Below, in pieces: positions 38,512-49,841 of a stretch of DNA of 64,000 nucleotides (positions within the stretch are counted from its first letter, which is position 1; each line of letters starts with the position of its first letter). The position numbers and the translations under genes were made by a program. The stretch is from Candidatus Babeliales bacterium (lineage in GTDB: Bacteria; Babelota; Babeliae; Babelales; JANWKD01): NCBI GenBank assembly GCA_963722075.1, contig CAVRJM010000001.1, forward strand, positions 864,001 through 928,000. The letters run 5' to 3'. The notes below the pieces were generated by a model, which saw nothing but the letters and a program-made list of their open reading frames with translations, did no database searches and was not told the origin of the DNA.

Positions 38512-40976
38512 GTATAATGCAATTCTTTAAGGGAAGAGTATACAACATTAAAAAATGCCTGTTTATCACCTGTTTTAAAAAGCTCTGTTCCAGCCGGCCG
38601 TTTACAAACATCGCTGGCTATTGCTCTTGTACCCACATGCAATGCTTCGGCAATACTAATACCAAAATTATCGCTTAAAGTAGGTCGTACAAAGAGATCT
38701 ACTCTTTTTAATAAAGGCCAATATTCATATTGACCCTGCAAGAGATACATTGAGTTTTTTAAATTTAAATCATTAATTTTTTTTACTAAATAAGAAAAGT
38801 ATGATTCATTACCTACTTGGGATAAAAAAATAATAAATCCTATAGTAGGAAATGTTTTTTTTAATTCAGCCGTAAGATCGATACACCATTCAATACCATA
38901 TAAATCAGTGTTGTTTAATAAAACTATTTGAAATGCATTTGCGCTAATAAGTGGCGTATGGCTATTTAAAAAATCTTCTAAGGTTACTGGATAACGCTTC
39001 ACCACTTCTTCTTCACCAGTATCAGGTGGTAAAAAAGGCGTTTCAATAACGGCAGAATCCTGTATAACCATGCCCTGCTCTTTATACTGTTCGACCGTCA
39101 CATTACCTATAAAAATCTGTTGGTAAACATAACGCATTAAAAAGGCAAAGATCGCTTTAAATTGATAGGAGCGGGAGGCTAAATAACGACAATCATGTTC
39201 AACTAAGAGAAGATTTGATTTTATTATATATGCACCAAGAACTACCGGAATCAGTTCATACAACCCTAACCATGAATAAGCAGTATGATAATAAATTAAG
39301 TGAGGACGCCTCACCAGCAAAAAAATAATAATACGAATCGCATGAATTAATTTTATCGTACAACAATTCATCGTATCAAAAATATATACGCTATTCTGTT
39401 GTTTTAAAAATTTATTTTTTACTCGCTGAATATGTACACTAATGCCCCCTAATGGAGGTGGATATGGGCCAAATAGTGCTATTTTTTTATTAAATATCCC
39501 TTCTGAATAGCGATGATACTCGTATTCAAGCGACACGGTATTTGTATTATTTGACATGTTAGTATACCAGTTTTTGAAAAACCATTCCTTTTCGTCATCA
39601 AGAAAAAATAAGACAACTATGATCGGCCAGGAACATAAAATAAGCACCGAATAATACCATGGTTTTGCATATAAAAAAATCAGTTGAAAAATTGCAAAAT
39701 AACAACACCCACTTATTAAAACTCGCATTATATGCTTTAAATTAAAGATATTTTTAAAAACGTTATTGCCATAATAAAAATTAATACCGCTAAATAGGGT
39801 AAACGCCATGCTGTTTATGAGTAGTATCATCCATATATTGAGCTGAAAAAAATAAGAACTCATTAAAAATAAACTGCTTTGAAATAATAAAATTAAAAAA
39901 GTTAAGAGCGGTATATAATGAGTATTTATTGAAATGCAAAAACTGCTTTGAAATATTCGCGCTGTATCTAATATCACCAGCATCAGAAAAAAAAGTGGAA
40001 AATAAATGAGCAACGTATGGTAGGTAGCCGGTATAAACCATTCTATTAAACAATGGGAACCTACCAATGAAGATAATCCTAAAAAGACTAAAATCATAAC
40101 ATAATAAGAAACAAGCCGGGACAAAATATGTTCTCGATTAACTTCTTTATCTGCATTGTATGATACAATCGGCCAGGCATCAATTAATGCAAGTGAAAAA
40201 AATTGATATAAAACCCCAAATCGCCACAATAATGAATAAACACCTAACATTTCATAACCACCATAGGTTTTTATAAAAAAGCGATCGATACTAAAAAAGC
40301 CAGTATATATGATACTGTATAACAACAATGGTACGCTAAAGCGCAATTGCTCTTTAAAGAGTTGAGATGAAAAAGCTACCTGTGATCCAAAAAAAATAAT
40401 AAAAAAAGGGGAAAAAAGCGACAATGAAATTAAATTTGCATAAAAAAATGAGTCAATACCAAAACCATTTTTAATACCATAAACCATGAAAGCAGTGGCA
40501 AGTATACTTTGGCTCGTAAATAATAATAAATAGGTGGTTAATTGTTCTTTAATACGTAAAAATGCCGTTGTTAAAGCAAAAAAGGAAAATAGGCAAATAT
40601 TAATAAAAGTAAGAAAAATATAACGATGCTGTATCGTTATTATACTAAAGTAAAGCAGGCATCCCAAAAACCCTGCTAAAAAAATCATACTGAGTAGCAC
40701 CATCAAACATGCATTACCAATTGCTTGCTTCAATTTAAATGGCTCATCCTTATATAAAAAATAAAACCTAATTAACGATGCTGAAGCACATGCAATGAGG
40801 GCTGTTGTTCCTAAAGAGAAAAAAGTTTGATAAAAATCCCAGATACCAAATTCTGTTAACGTTAACATGGAAAGAAAATACGGAAAAAATAGAAAACTAA
40901 TAGCGCGATTTATTGCTGAACTTAACCCATAAAAAAAGGTATTATGGGCGCCCCGCTTTATATAATGAGCTAACAT
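38508..40976 (-). CDS. Wzx/MATE-like oligosaccharide flippase fused to a GT4 domain
   Basis: N-terminal multi-TM region (LTLTEFGI, IDRFFI...GVYS); C-terminal GPYPPPLGGISVH and DNFGISIAEAL. Confidence 0.82.
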   Translation of the reverse strand: MLAHYIKRGAHNTFFYGLSSAINRAISFLFFPYFLSMLTLTEFGIWDFYQTFFSLGTTALIACASASLIRFYFLYKDEPFKLKQAIGNACLMVLLSMIFLAGFLGCLLYFSIITIQHRYIFLTFINICLFSFFALTTAFLRIKEQLTTYLLLFTSQSILATAFMVYGIKNGFGIDSFFYANLISLSLFSPFFIIFFGSQVAFSSQLFKEQLRFSVPLLLYSIIYTGFFSIDRFFIKTYGGYEMLGVYSLLWRFGVLYQFFSLALIDAWPIVSYNADKEVNREHILSRLVSYYVMILVFLGLSSLVGSHCLIEWFIPATYHTLLIYFPLFFLMLVILDTARIFQSSFCISINTHYIPLLTFLILLFQSSLFLMSSYFFQLNIWMILLINSMAFTLFSGINFYYGNNVFKNIFNLKHIMRVLISGCCYFAIFQLIFLYAKPWYYSVLILCSWPIIVVLFFLDDEKEWFFKNWYTNMSNNTNTVSLEYEYHRYSEGIFNKKIALFGPYPPPLGGISVHIQRVKNKFLKQQNSVYIFDTMNCCTIKLIHAIRIIIFLLVRRPHLIYYHTAYSWLGLYELIPVVLGAYIIKSNLLLVEHDCRYLASRSYQFKAIFAFLMRYVYQQIFIGNVTVEQYKEQGMVIQDSAVIETPFLPPDTGEEEVVKRYPVTLEDFLNSHTPLISANAFQIVLLNNTDLYGIEWCIDLTAELKKTFPTIGFIIFLSQVGNESYFSYLVKKINDLNLKNSMYLLQGQYEYWPLLKRVDLFVRPTLSDNFGISIAEALHVGTRAIASDVCKRPAGTELFKTGDKQAFFNVVYSSLKELHYT

Positions 40977-40989
40977 AAAATACTCTCAT

Positions 40990-42951
40990 TTATAATTGAA
41001 TTCCCATCAAATTTTGTATCACCCATAATTGTAAGGAATTATTACCTTCTTGTTTTTGATGCGTAACCAACAAATCATTAATTTTTTTGAAATCTAAATA
41101 TTCTTTCCAGGGGTTATTTTTTTCATGCATTTTATCAATAAAATATTGTTTAAAATAAGACCCTTCTTTAAACCACCGATGCGTAGGAGCAGCAAAACCC
41201 ATTTTTTTACGGTAAATCGTATCATGCGGTAATATACCTTCAGCCGCTTTTTTGAGGATATATTTGGTAATCCCATTATGATATTTAAGATCGGTTGGAA
41301 TCTGCAGCGCAAATTCAACTAAGGTGTGATCCAGAAATGGCACCCGTGCTTCTACTGAAGTAGCCATGGTCATTTTATCCACCCGCATTAACAGGAGTTC
41401 CGGAAGCCGCTGTTTTAATTCTAAATAACACATTGAAGTAAAAAAATCTGCTTGTGGATTACGTTCATACAGCTGCTGTAAATGATAATCAACTACGCAG
41501 TAGCTGGAATCATTTTGTTTAAAGGATGGGTAAATTTTCTCAATAATTGGATCATCATTATGTTCAAAAAAAAGTTCTTGCTTCAATACTGATTTTTTCC
41601 AAACCTCTGAAAATGCTGTCGCACCGCTCCAAAAAAGATGTTTATTTTCTGCCCAACTTTTTACTATAGCAAGTCTATTTTGTTTTTGGGGAAAAAAGTA
41701 TGCAGCAAGTTGATAGAATGATTGTTTTGCAAATGCCGGAATATAGCGCTGCGAATGTTTCCAATAACGATTATATACATTCAAATAATTTCCATACATT
41801 GTATAACCACAGAACAATTCATCAGATCCTTCCCCAACTTGCACCACCGTAACTCCAGCATCTTTGAGTAATTTTGATACGTAATATAAGGGAATGCAAA
41901 CACAATCGGCGATGGGTTCATCTTGATGAAATACCATCTTTTCAAAAAATTCAAATGCTTCTTTTTCTGAAATAATAATTTCATGATGATCAGTATTAAA
42001 ACGACGCGCAATTTTACGTGCCCATGAGATTTCACTATATTCAGGGCCATCATCAAAGGAAACGTTAAATGTTTTTACTTGATCAACGAGCTCTGACATG
42101 AGCGCAACATTTAAGCTTGAATCGATACCTCCCGATAAAAAAACGCCATAGGGAACATCTGACATCATTTGCCGTTTTATTGATGCACGCAATAATTGCT
42201 GTATTGTTTTTATACAAAACTGTTCATTAGTAAGTTGTTTTTGATCATACACGATTGCAGGCTTTAATGGCGTATACCATTCATGGAAACTAACATTTTT
42301 TTGTGCATCTACTTTAAGGTAATATGAGGCAGGTAGTTTGTAGACATGCTGGTAAAGGGTCATGGGAGCCGGCGTTACTAAATACGTTAAATAATGATAC
42401 AACGCTTTAGTATTAATTTCTTTGGTAATCCAGGGTAATTGCCATAATGCTTTAATTTCTGAAGCAAAGCTTAAAAAATCGCCATCAAGTGAAAAATAAA
42501 GTGGTTTAATACCCAGTCGATCGCGAATAAGAAAAAGTTTTTCGCGTTTAATATCATAAAGCACAATTGCAAACATGCCATCTAATTTGTTTAGTGCTTC
42601 TATGCCCCATTCTTTATATGCATAAATAATGGTTTCAGAATCTGAATTGGTCTGGTATTGATATCCTAATTGTTCAAGTTCTTTACGAAGTTGTGGATGA
42701 TTATAAATTTCACCATTACAGAGCACCGCTACGGTATGTTCTTTATCAAAGAGTGGCTGAAAACCTGCATCAGAAAGATCCATAATACTTAAACGGCGAT
42801 GAAACACTCCCAATTGCTGTGAATCTGAACTCCAAATCCGATAGCCATTTGGGCCGCGATGAGCAACGGTGTGTTGCATTTTTTCAAGTAACGATTGATC
42901 AATACCGCCAGCATTTTTTTTAATATGGAAGTAACCGCCCAGTCCACACAT
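40990..42951 (-). CDS. asnB: Asparagine synthase (glutamine-hydrolysing)-family amidotransferase
   Basis: MCG start, HRGP, NGEIYN, LSGGIDSS, GEGSDE, EARVPFLD. Confidence 0.93.
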   Translation of the reverse strand: MCGLGGYFHIKKNAGGIDQSLLEKMQHTVAHRGPNGYRIWSSDSQQLGVFHRRLSIMDLSDAGFQPLFDKEHTVAVLCNGEIYNHPQLRKELEQLGYQYQTNSDSETIIYAYKEWGIEALNKLDGMFAIVLYDIKREKLFLIRDRLGIKPLYFSLDGDFLSFASEIKALWQLPWITKEINTKALYHYLTYLVTPAPMTLYQHVYKLPASYYLKVDAQKNVSFHEWYTPLKPAIVYDQKQLTNEQFCIKTIQQLLRASIKRQMMSDVPYGVFLSGGIDSSLNVALMSELVDQVKTFNVSFDDGPEYSEISWARKIARRFNTDHHEIIISEKEAFEFFEKMVFHQDEPIADCVCIPLYYVSKLLKDAGVTVVQVGEGSDELFCGYTMYGNYLNVYNRYWKHSQRYIPAFAKQSFYQLAAYFFPQKQNRLAIVKSWAENKHLFWSGATAFSEVWKKSVLKQELFFEHNDDPIIEKIYPSFKQNDSSYCVVDYHLQQLYERNPQADFFTSMCYLELKQRLPELLLMRVDKMTMATSVEARVPFLDHTLVEFALQIPTDLKYHNGITKYILKKAAEGILPHDTIYRKKMGFAAPTHRWFKEGSYFKQYFIDKMHEKNNPWKEYLDFKKINDLLVTHQKQEGNNSLQLWVIQNLMGIQL

Positions 42952-43020
42952 ATTTGATTTCCTCTTTTTATATATACTGGTTATACCATGGAATATAAAA
43001 AAGAGAAAATGGCTCCGATT

Positions 43021-43575
43021 TTATTCATTTTTAGACAAAACTTTTTTTATTAATTTGCGTTGTCTGCCTTGAGATATCGAACTATAACATTTAAGTATGG
43101 CCGTACTAGATAATCCACCTATTACCAATTTTTTTGCAGTATGCTCCCATGAAGAAAGCTGGTGCGTTTTTCGTTTATATTCTAGCTTGCTAAAAGCTTC
43201 GTGCTTCTTTTCTTCTGATGCATTTTTTAATTCCTCAAGATTATGATGCATATCCTGGCTTATTTTATTTTTTACCATCAACCAAATTATTCCAGCAAAT
43301 GCACTACTTAACATTCCCGAATTAGTTTTTATTATTCGCCAGGTCATCTCCCATTTTGTTTCTAATTCTAATTCTAAATCCTCAGGAAGATCTCGAGGAT
43401 CAATAGGGGTACTCGTATCTTGCTTGCTACCATCAGGAAAGACAATAACGGAATTACGGCAAATAGACATCCTCCCATTACTATCGTAATTGACTGAATA
43501 TTCTATATCTTCTTCTTGAATCCCAAAACTATTCATACTAAAAAATAGCGTAAATGCTAAAACAAAATATTTCAT
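43021..43575 (-). CDS. Secreted/membrane hypothetical protein
   Basis: Signal peptide; 184 aa. Confidence 0.6.
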   Translation of the reverse strand: MKYFVLAFTLFFSMNSFGIQEEDIEYSVNYDSNGRMSICRNSVIVFPDGSKQDTSTPIDPRDLPEDLELELETKWEMTWRIIKTNSGMLSSAFAGIIWLMVKNKISQDMHHNLEELKNASEEKKHEAFSKLEYKRKTHQLSSWEHTAKKLVIGGLSSTAILKCYSSISQGRQRKLIKKVLSKNE

Positions 43576-43589
43576 TATAATTGTCCCTA

Positions 43590-44987
43590 TTATTTAAATT
43601 TAAATTTTTTTAATGCAATAAAACTCATGCCAAGTAAAAGAAATCCATGGCGAAACCGACTAATTTGCGTGGTGCCATATTGCCGATTTTTATAATGTAC
43701 CGGCATATCAAGAATCTTTAAATTTAATTTTGCTGCACCAAATAACAAATCAAAATCACCAAACGGATCAAATTCGCCAAAATACGCACGGTTTTTTACA
43801 ATTTTTTCATAATCTGATTTAAATAATACTTTGGTACCGCATAAGGTATCTTTTATTGGCTGTCCTAATAACCATGAAAAACCTATACCAAAACAATAAT
43901 TTGCAATCAAATTTAAAAATCGCATCGCTTCAGATTCCATGCCATAAACCAACCGCGAGCCGTTAATAAAATCTGCTTTTTCTACTAACGCATCATAAAA
44001 TTTAGGTAATTCTTCGGGCGGCACTGTTAAATCAGCATCAAGTATCATTAAGATATCTCCTTGTGCCTTTGCAAATCCCAAGCGCACCGCATCTCCCTTC
44101 CCTTTGCCAGATTGCACATAATAAGAAATTTTTTTATGTGGATTTTCTTGATGTACTCGTTTAATTTCTTCAAGGGTGCCGTCCTTGGAATGCCCTTCTA
44201 CAAAAATAAATTCGGTCGCCGTTCCCAATAACGGACAGCGATCAATAATCGCTTGAATATTACCACGCTCATTACGACAGGGGACTATAACTGAAACAGA
44301 ATAGTTTCTTTCAATTTTTTTTATGGCTGGGCGTGCAACAACCCATTGACTAAGGCAAAACAAATTAATGATGGGAAGTGGCGCAATAAAAGTGTTAACC
44401 AGCCACGAAATGAGCGGAATATACACCGGAAGTAAAATATTACGTTCATGCGTTACCACTTCAAATCCTGCTAAATATAAAAAATTAGCAATATCTTGGT
44501 ACGATAACCAGTTTTTAAGCGCTGTTTTTCGCCTTAATGAACATTTTTGAGCTAACCATAAAATGGGTTCCCATAAAACTGAATAAAAATCAATTACTAT
44601 TTTGGTAGTATCAGTACAAAACGGAATTAATTGTTTAAAAAGCTCTTGCACATCATCAGCTTCCATTGTAGCCAAATTAATTAGTACATAATCAAACGGC
44701 TCTTTATGCGGAATATTTTTTACTGAACCAGAATAAAATTCAAAATGAGGATAGAGCTGTTTTGCTTGACTCACTGCTAACGAATCTTCATCAACCCCAA
44801 CGCCAAATGAAGGATGCACGGCATCTAATAAAAAACCATTTTTTCCATTAACTAAAAGCACTCGTGATTCTTTTGGTACAAAAAAACGATATAATCGTGC
44901 CATTAATGAATGGTAATACCAATTTTTTTTCAACCAATAGGCATACGAAATGCGTTCATGATAAATTGTTTGTGCTTCCATACTCAT
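43590..44987 (-). CDS. Methyltransferase-like + GT2 fusion glycosyltransferase
   Basis: VIVPCRNE, ILDADL, DTLCGTK, DPFGDFDLL; N-terminal degenerate MTase fold. Confidence 0.85.
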   Translation of the reverse strand: MSMEAQTIYHERISYAYWLKKNWYYHSLMARLYRFFVPKESRVLLVNGKNGFLLDAVHPSFGVGVDEDSLAVSQAKQLYPHFEFYSGSVKNIPHKEPFDYVLINLATMEADDVQELFKQLIPFCTDTTKIVIDFYSVLWEPILWLAQKCSLRRKTALKNWLSYQDIANFLYLAGFEVVTHERNILLPVYIPLISWLVNTFIAPLPIINLFCLSQWVVARPAIKKIERNYSVSVIVPCRNERGNIQAIIDRCPLLGTATEFIFVEGHSKDGTLEEIKRVHQENPHKKISYYVQSGKGKGDAVRLGFAKAQGDILMILDADLTVPPEELPKFYDALVEKADFINGSRLVYGMESEAMRFLNLIANYCFGIGFSWLLGQPIKDTLCGTKVLFKSDYEKIVKNRAYFGEFDPFGDFDLLFGAAKLNLKILDMPVHYKNRQYGTTQISRFRHGFLLLGMSFIALKKFKFK

Positions 44988-45244
44988 TATTCACCTTTTT
45001 TTGCAATACCTTTAGGAAGGCTATTATCAGTTACTAAATGCGCAAATGCGCCTAACACAAAATTAATTTGATATTTAATAAACAAATCACAGCAACATGA
45101 TTGCTGCTCTTCTGGTTCATCCTGTATATCATCATTAATAAAATATATATTAGGATCATAATGTATCTTTTCAATAACTCGTTGTTGCATACTTGCAACT
45201 AAAAACGGTACAAAAAAAATAATTAAAAAAAAATATTTAATCAT
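44987..45244 (-). CDS. Small secreted hypothetical protein
   Basis: Signal peptide; abuts the next start codon. Confidence 0.55.
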   Translation of the reverse strand: MIKYFFLIIFFVPFLVASMQQRVIEKIHYDPNIYFINDDIQDEPEEQQSCCCDLFIKYQINFVLGAFAHLVTDNSLPKGIAKKGE

Positions 45245-45252
45245 TTTGTGAT

Positions 45253-46272
45253 TTATTCTCTCATTGGTGCACTCGGCGCTGTGAGTATAGATTTAACGCG
45301 ATTTATCACTTCTTTAAGATCATTAAATTCTATCGCAAATTGAGCGAATGTGAGATCATGGTTTTCTAAACGTTGCATTATTTTTTGCTGAGTCTTTTTG
45401 ATTTCTTCAATCTCTTTTTTCATTTCATTAATAGTTTGATTGGATTGACTGCCAATAGCAACCATTGTTTCCATCAAATCAGATAATTCATTTTGTTTAT
45501 TATTAATAGTAGTCAATTGGGAAATTATCGAACGCACACCATGTGTATCCATATTTTCATTAAATTTTTGTTCTAATCGTGAAATTGTAGCTAAAAATAC
45601 TGAATGATTTGTACAAGCTTGCTCATGGAGTTCATGCATCAATTGTTCTGATTTTATTGCACTATTTTTTTCATGCTCTTCTTTTTCATATTTTGCTTTT
45701 TCTGTAGCAATTTGTAATTTACGTTTATGTTCTGCTGCATCATCTTTTTGCTTTTGTGCAAATTCTAATGCGATATCTTTTTTATAATAAAAAGCATTTT
45801 TTTCACGCAATAAGTTCAGAAATTGTTCCGTTTCCTCAGCTTCCTGCTGCTCAGTATCAGATAAATAGTCTTTTAAAGAATTAATTTTTTCAAGATCAGC
45901 GCGCACCATTTGACCATAGTAATAATGATAATAAGCAGTATCATTTGCATACGGGAGTGAGACGCGTTCAATTACTTCGGCAGTAACTTCACCTGTTTTT
46001 TCCACTGATTCATATTCTAGCTGATATTTTTTTTCTAATGATGATAACCATTCTTTTGCTTTTTTTTGCTGTATCAGTTTTTCGTCTTCCAATTTTTTTT
46101 CTTTATCAGCATGCGCGGCTTCATTCACCGCTATACCGAAAACAGTACCTAAGCCTATTAGAGCGCTTCCAACACAACCAAGTCCTACAATTAATAAAAT
46201 TACATTAGGGGCATCATCATTTGCTTTAACTGGATTAGCTATGCAAAGTGACAGCATTAAAAAAATAATTTT
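45253..46272 (-). CDS. Secreted/TM coiled-coil protein
   Basis: Signal peptide, TM segment, long charged heptad region. Confidence 0.6.
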   Translation of the reverse strand, partial: KIIFLMLSLCIANPVKANDDAPNVILLIVGLGCVGSALIGLGTVFGIAVNEAAHADKEKKLEDEKLIQQKKAKEWLSSLEKKYQLEYESVEKTGEVTAEVIERVSLPYANDTAYYHYYYGQMVRADLEKINSLKDYLSDTEQQEAEETEQFLNLLREKNAFYYKKDIALEFAQKQKDDAAEHKRKLQIATEKAKYEKEEHEKNSAIKSEQLMHELHEQACTNHSVFLATISRLEQKFNENMDTHGVRSIISQLTTINNKQNELSDLMETMVAIGSQSNQTINEMKKEIEEIKKTQQKIMQRLENHDLTFAQFAIEFNDLKEVINRVKSILTAPSAPMRE

Positions 46273-46330
46273 TTTACTTTTCATACAAATATTTTCCCAT
46301 ATAAATAATTTAAAAAGAATTTCATTTTAT

Positions 46331-46416
46331 AACTGGATTCTTACGACTTCGTCTCAGAATGACATTCGCGACCTCCATGTCATCCTGAGGAGCGAATGCG
46401 ACGTCAGGATCCAGTT
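46331..46416. repeat. REP-like inverted repeat pair
   Basis: AACTGGATTC...TCAGAATGAC / GTCATCCTGA...GGATCCAGTT; related to 56651-56748. Confidence 0.8.
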
Positions 46417-46530
46417 AATAAATAATACTCGATACTTTTATTCAATCAAATTTAAAAATATATTATAGTGCTACAAATTTTTTATTGTATTGTACAAGAA
46501 AAAAGCAAGAATTTATAGGATAGTTATTGC

Positions 46531-49242
46531 TTATTTAGTAACTTCTTGCCAGTTATTACCAAAACGTGTCGTTACTTTAAGCGGAACATTCCATTGCACT
46601 ACATTCTCTAAAACAGATTTTACCACTTGTTGCGTTTGTTCTTTTTGATGCTCTGGCACCGAAATTAAAAGCTCATCATGAATTTGCAAAATCATTTTTG
46701 CCTCTAAATTATGCTCCTTAAAGGCTCGAGCAAGGTTAATCATTCCGCACTTCATAATTTCAGCAGCAGTGCCTTGTGCGGGCATATTGATGGTGATACG
46801 GCGAGCCAAATCATAGAGCATTTTATTCTTTTCATAAATGCCCGGAACATAGCGCCGCCGGCCCCAGAGCGTCGTTACATACCCGCGTTCCATAGTTTCA
46901 TTAATTACACGCTCCATCCACGTGGATACTCCCGGATATTGAGTAAAATATTTTTCAATATATTGTTGTGCTTGTTTAAACGGGATTCCTAAATCTTTTG
47001 AAAGACCGAATGGCGTTAATCCATATAAGATACTAAAATTAATTCGTTTACCAATTTGCCGTTGTTCACTAGTGACCTTATCAAGCGGAACATCAAAAAG
47101 TTTGGCCGCAGTTTGCGCATGAATATCTTGATCTTGTAAAAACGCATTCACCAGCGCTGCATCTTGTGATAAATAAGCAAGTATACGTAATTCAATTTGT
47201 GAATAATCTGCCGATAAAAACACCTGTCCTTTTTCCGGTTTAAATGCTGATCTAATATGAACATGATAACGGGTATCGATAGGAATATTTTGTAAATTAG
47301 GCTCCGAACTTGCAAGTCGCCCGGTAGCAACGGCAGTTTGACTAAACGTGGTATGAATTTTCCCGGTAGCTTTATTGATGTATGTCGGCAATGCATCAAT
47401 GTAGGTATTTTTTAACTTGGCGAGTTCCCGATAGTGTAATATAAGACCCGGCACTGGATGGTTTTTTGCCAGTTCTTGCAATACATCAACATCAGTTGAA
47501 TAACCCGTTTTTTTAGAACTTTTTTTGAGCGGAATTAATTTTAATACCGTAAATAATAGATGCTCGATTTGTTTTGGTGAGTTTAAATTAATATCGGGTT
47601 GGCACCCACTTAAATCAATAATTTCTTGTTTTATTCGTTCCAAATCCGCCACAACGTATCGATCAAGTTCGCGTAAAATGGATAAATCAACACTAATACC
47701 TTCTAGCTCCATACCAACTAAAATGGGAACCAACGGTAATTCCATTTCATAATAGAGCCGTTCCATATCTTGCTTTTTTAGTTGTTCGGTTAAAATAGGA
47801 TATAATTGCAATGTCTGATGAGCATCAGAAGCTGCATATTCAGTAGCTAAATCAAGCGGCACTTGTGCAAAGTTCTTGTATCCTTTGCTGCTCACCACAT
47901 CAGCAAAGCTCAGCATCGTTTCATTCAAATAAAATTGTGAAATAGCTTTTAAATTTATATTTTGCCAATCTTCAGTTACTAAATGAGCTGCTAATAACGT
48001 ATCAAATGTTAAAGGAGTAGTAACAAACCCGTTATAAATAAGCGCACGTTCATCAAAATTGCCGTGATGCATGATTTTTTTTATACCCGGATCAGCCAAA
48101 AGAGGATTCATAAGTTTTAAAACATCTTCCTTAGTCAATTGCTCAGGCGTTTCACTATGGCCAAAAGGAACGTAATACGCTTCACCTTTTTTATAGGCAA
48201 ATGAAACTCCAATAAGCTTGTTCTCTAAAGGGTTAAGCCCTTCAAGCTCTGTATCAAGCGCAATAATACCTGCTTTTTTTACCTCTTTGAGGATAGTTTC
48301 AAGTTCATGCATCGTTGTTATTGCTTTAAAAATATACCCCTTAGATTCAGATAAGGTTATTTTTGGCGTTAAAGAAACACCTTGTTTTTGTAAATCTTTG
48401 AGTAAGGATTTAAAGTTTAATTCTTCAAACAATGGCTGTGCGTGAGCCCAATTATGCGCATCAAAAGCAACATCAGTACTTTGAGCATTGAATGGCATAT
48501 AGCGTAGTAAAAATAGTTGCTCACTTAAAAATCCATTCGATTTATTTTCTTCTAGAAGCCGCCGCGTACTTTCTTTAGGCACCTGATTTATGTGCTCATA
48601 AAGATCCTGAAGGCTAGAAAATTGTTGTACTAATTGCGTTGCTGTTTTAGTACCAATCCCTTTCACCCCAGGAATATTATCCGAAGTATCTCCTACCAAA
48701 GCAAAATAAAACGGTAGTTTTGATACCTGAAATCCTCTATTTTCGATAAATCGTAGTTTATCAATAAAAATATCTTTAAATGGATCATAAATAGTAATTG
48801 AGTCAGTAAGTACTTGCTCCATATCTTTATCAGAGGTAATTATTACTACTTTTTTTCCTTCTTGTGCAATGTCACGGGCTAAAGAAAAAAGAATATCATC
48901 AGCTTCAACACCCGTTTTTTCAAACTGTTTTAAGCCAATCAGATCAGCAAAATGTTGTATATATATTTTTTGATCAAAAAGATCACTGGGCGGCGCTGAA
49001 CGCGTTGCTTTGTAAGCAGGAAATATGGTATGTCGTTCTGTAGGGCCTTTGCTATCCCATACAAGTGCCATGTACTGTGGGTTAAATTTATCAATCAGTT
49101 TTTTTATCATACGGCAAAAACTATAAACTGCTTGTACTGGCACCCCTTTTGGTGTGTGTAAGGGTCGCAATGCGTAATACGCTCTATATAAAAACCCCGA
49201 GCCGTCAATAAGATATACCGTCTGATTGGGATCCTGAACCAT
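46531..49242 (-). CDS. polA: DNA polymerase I
   Basis: LIDGS 5'-nuclease, LDTE exonuclease, ADYSQIELR, QIHDEL; start placed at MVQDP behind GAAAGG. Confidence 0.97.
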   Translation of the reverse strand: MVQDPNQTVYLIDGSGFLYRAYYALRPLHTPKGVPVQAVYSFCRMIKKLIDKFNPQYMALVWDSKGPTERHTIFPAYKATRSAPPSDLFDQKIYIQHFADLIGLKQFEKTGVEADDILFSLARDIAQEGKKVVIITSDKDMEQVLTDSITIYDPFKDIFIDKLRFIENRGFQVSKLPFYFALVGDTSDNIPGVKGIGTKTATQLVQQFSSLQDLYEHINQVPKESTRRLLEENKSNGFLSEQLFLLRYMPFNAQSTDVAFDAHNWAHAQPLFEELNFKSLLKDLQKQGVSLTPKITLSESKGYIFKAITTMHELETILKEVKKAGIIALDTELEGLNPLENKLIGVSFAYKKGEAYYVPFGHSETPEQLTKEDVLKLMNPLLADPGIKKIMHHGNFDERALIYNGFVTTPLTFDTLLAAHLVTEDWQNINLKAISQFYLNETMLSFADVVSSKGYKNFAQVPLDLATEYAASDAHQTLQLYPILTEQLKKQDMERLYYEMELPLVPILVGMELEGISVDLSILRELDRYVVADLERIKQEIIDLSGCQPDINLNSPKQIEHLLFTVLKLIPLKKSSKKTGYSTDVDVLQELAKNHPVPGLILHYRELAKLKNTYIDALPTYINKATGKIHTTFSQTAVATGRLASSEPNLQNIPIDTRYHVHIRSAFKPEKGQVFLSADYSQIELRILAYLSQDAALVNAFLQDQDIHAQTAAKLFDVPLDKVTSEQRQIGKRINFSILYGLTPFGLSKDLGIPFKQAQQYIEKYFTQYPGVSTWMERVINETMERGYVTTLWGRRRYVPGIYEKNKMLYDLARRITINMPAQGTAAEIMKCGMINLARAFKEHNLEAKMILQIHDELLISVPEHQKEQTQQVVKSVLENVVQWNVPLKVTTRFGNNWQEVTK

Positions 49243-49541
49243 ATGACAACCTTTCTTTTTTTCATACATGAGAGAATATAGCGGGAATACCGTACTTATT
49301 ATAATAGTAAAAATAAAATGCTTGAAAACATCTGCAACCATAAGAACAAATATAAACCTCAATTCAATCTCTATAAGCCTCTTCTATAAGTATAATCTAT
49401 AATCAAATTTTCACAAAAAAAATAATAAAACAGTATAAAAATTACAAAGATGTATTTTTATTTATAGTAAGTTGCTCAAATTCCAAAAAACGTTACTTTA
49501 TTAAAATGATAATGAGAAATATGTGTTAAGAAAGGTTTTTC

Positions 49542-49841
49542 ATGAAACGCTATAGCTTATATATACTTATTTGTTCTTCACTTTTATATACCAGCATCAA
49601 GCCTATGCAATCAACGCAAAAAGTTAATCCCGCAATTGAAATTATTACTTGCAACACGTATGAAAAATCAATTGTGCGCTATTTGGAATTAGCAAGCGAC
49701 CCTACCCATTCTAGGGCATTAAACCTTCCGCTCATTAAAACAAATATTATTAATGCCTTAAGTGAAAAATTTAAGAAAAATGCCCAAGAAATAGGTGAAG
49801 ATCTCAAAATTGAGCAAATAATTAATAAAGCTAAATTATAA
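49542..49841 (+). CDS. Small secreted hypothetical protein
   Basis: Signal peptide; RBS GAAAGG. Confidence 0.6.
   Translation: MKRYSLYILICSSLLYTSIKPMQSTQKVNPAIEIITCNTYEKSIVRYLELASDPTHSRALNLPLIKTNIINALSEKFKKNAQEIGEDLKIEQIINKAKL

Noticed and set aside
46241..46468. 75-aa ORF
   Set aside because: Spans a REP-like element and overlaps an opposite-strand gene
49243..49362. 40-aa hydrophobic N-terminal extension of PolA
   Set aside because: ORF-caller extension; an RBS and the conserved LIDGS motif support the start at 49242
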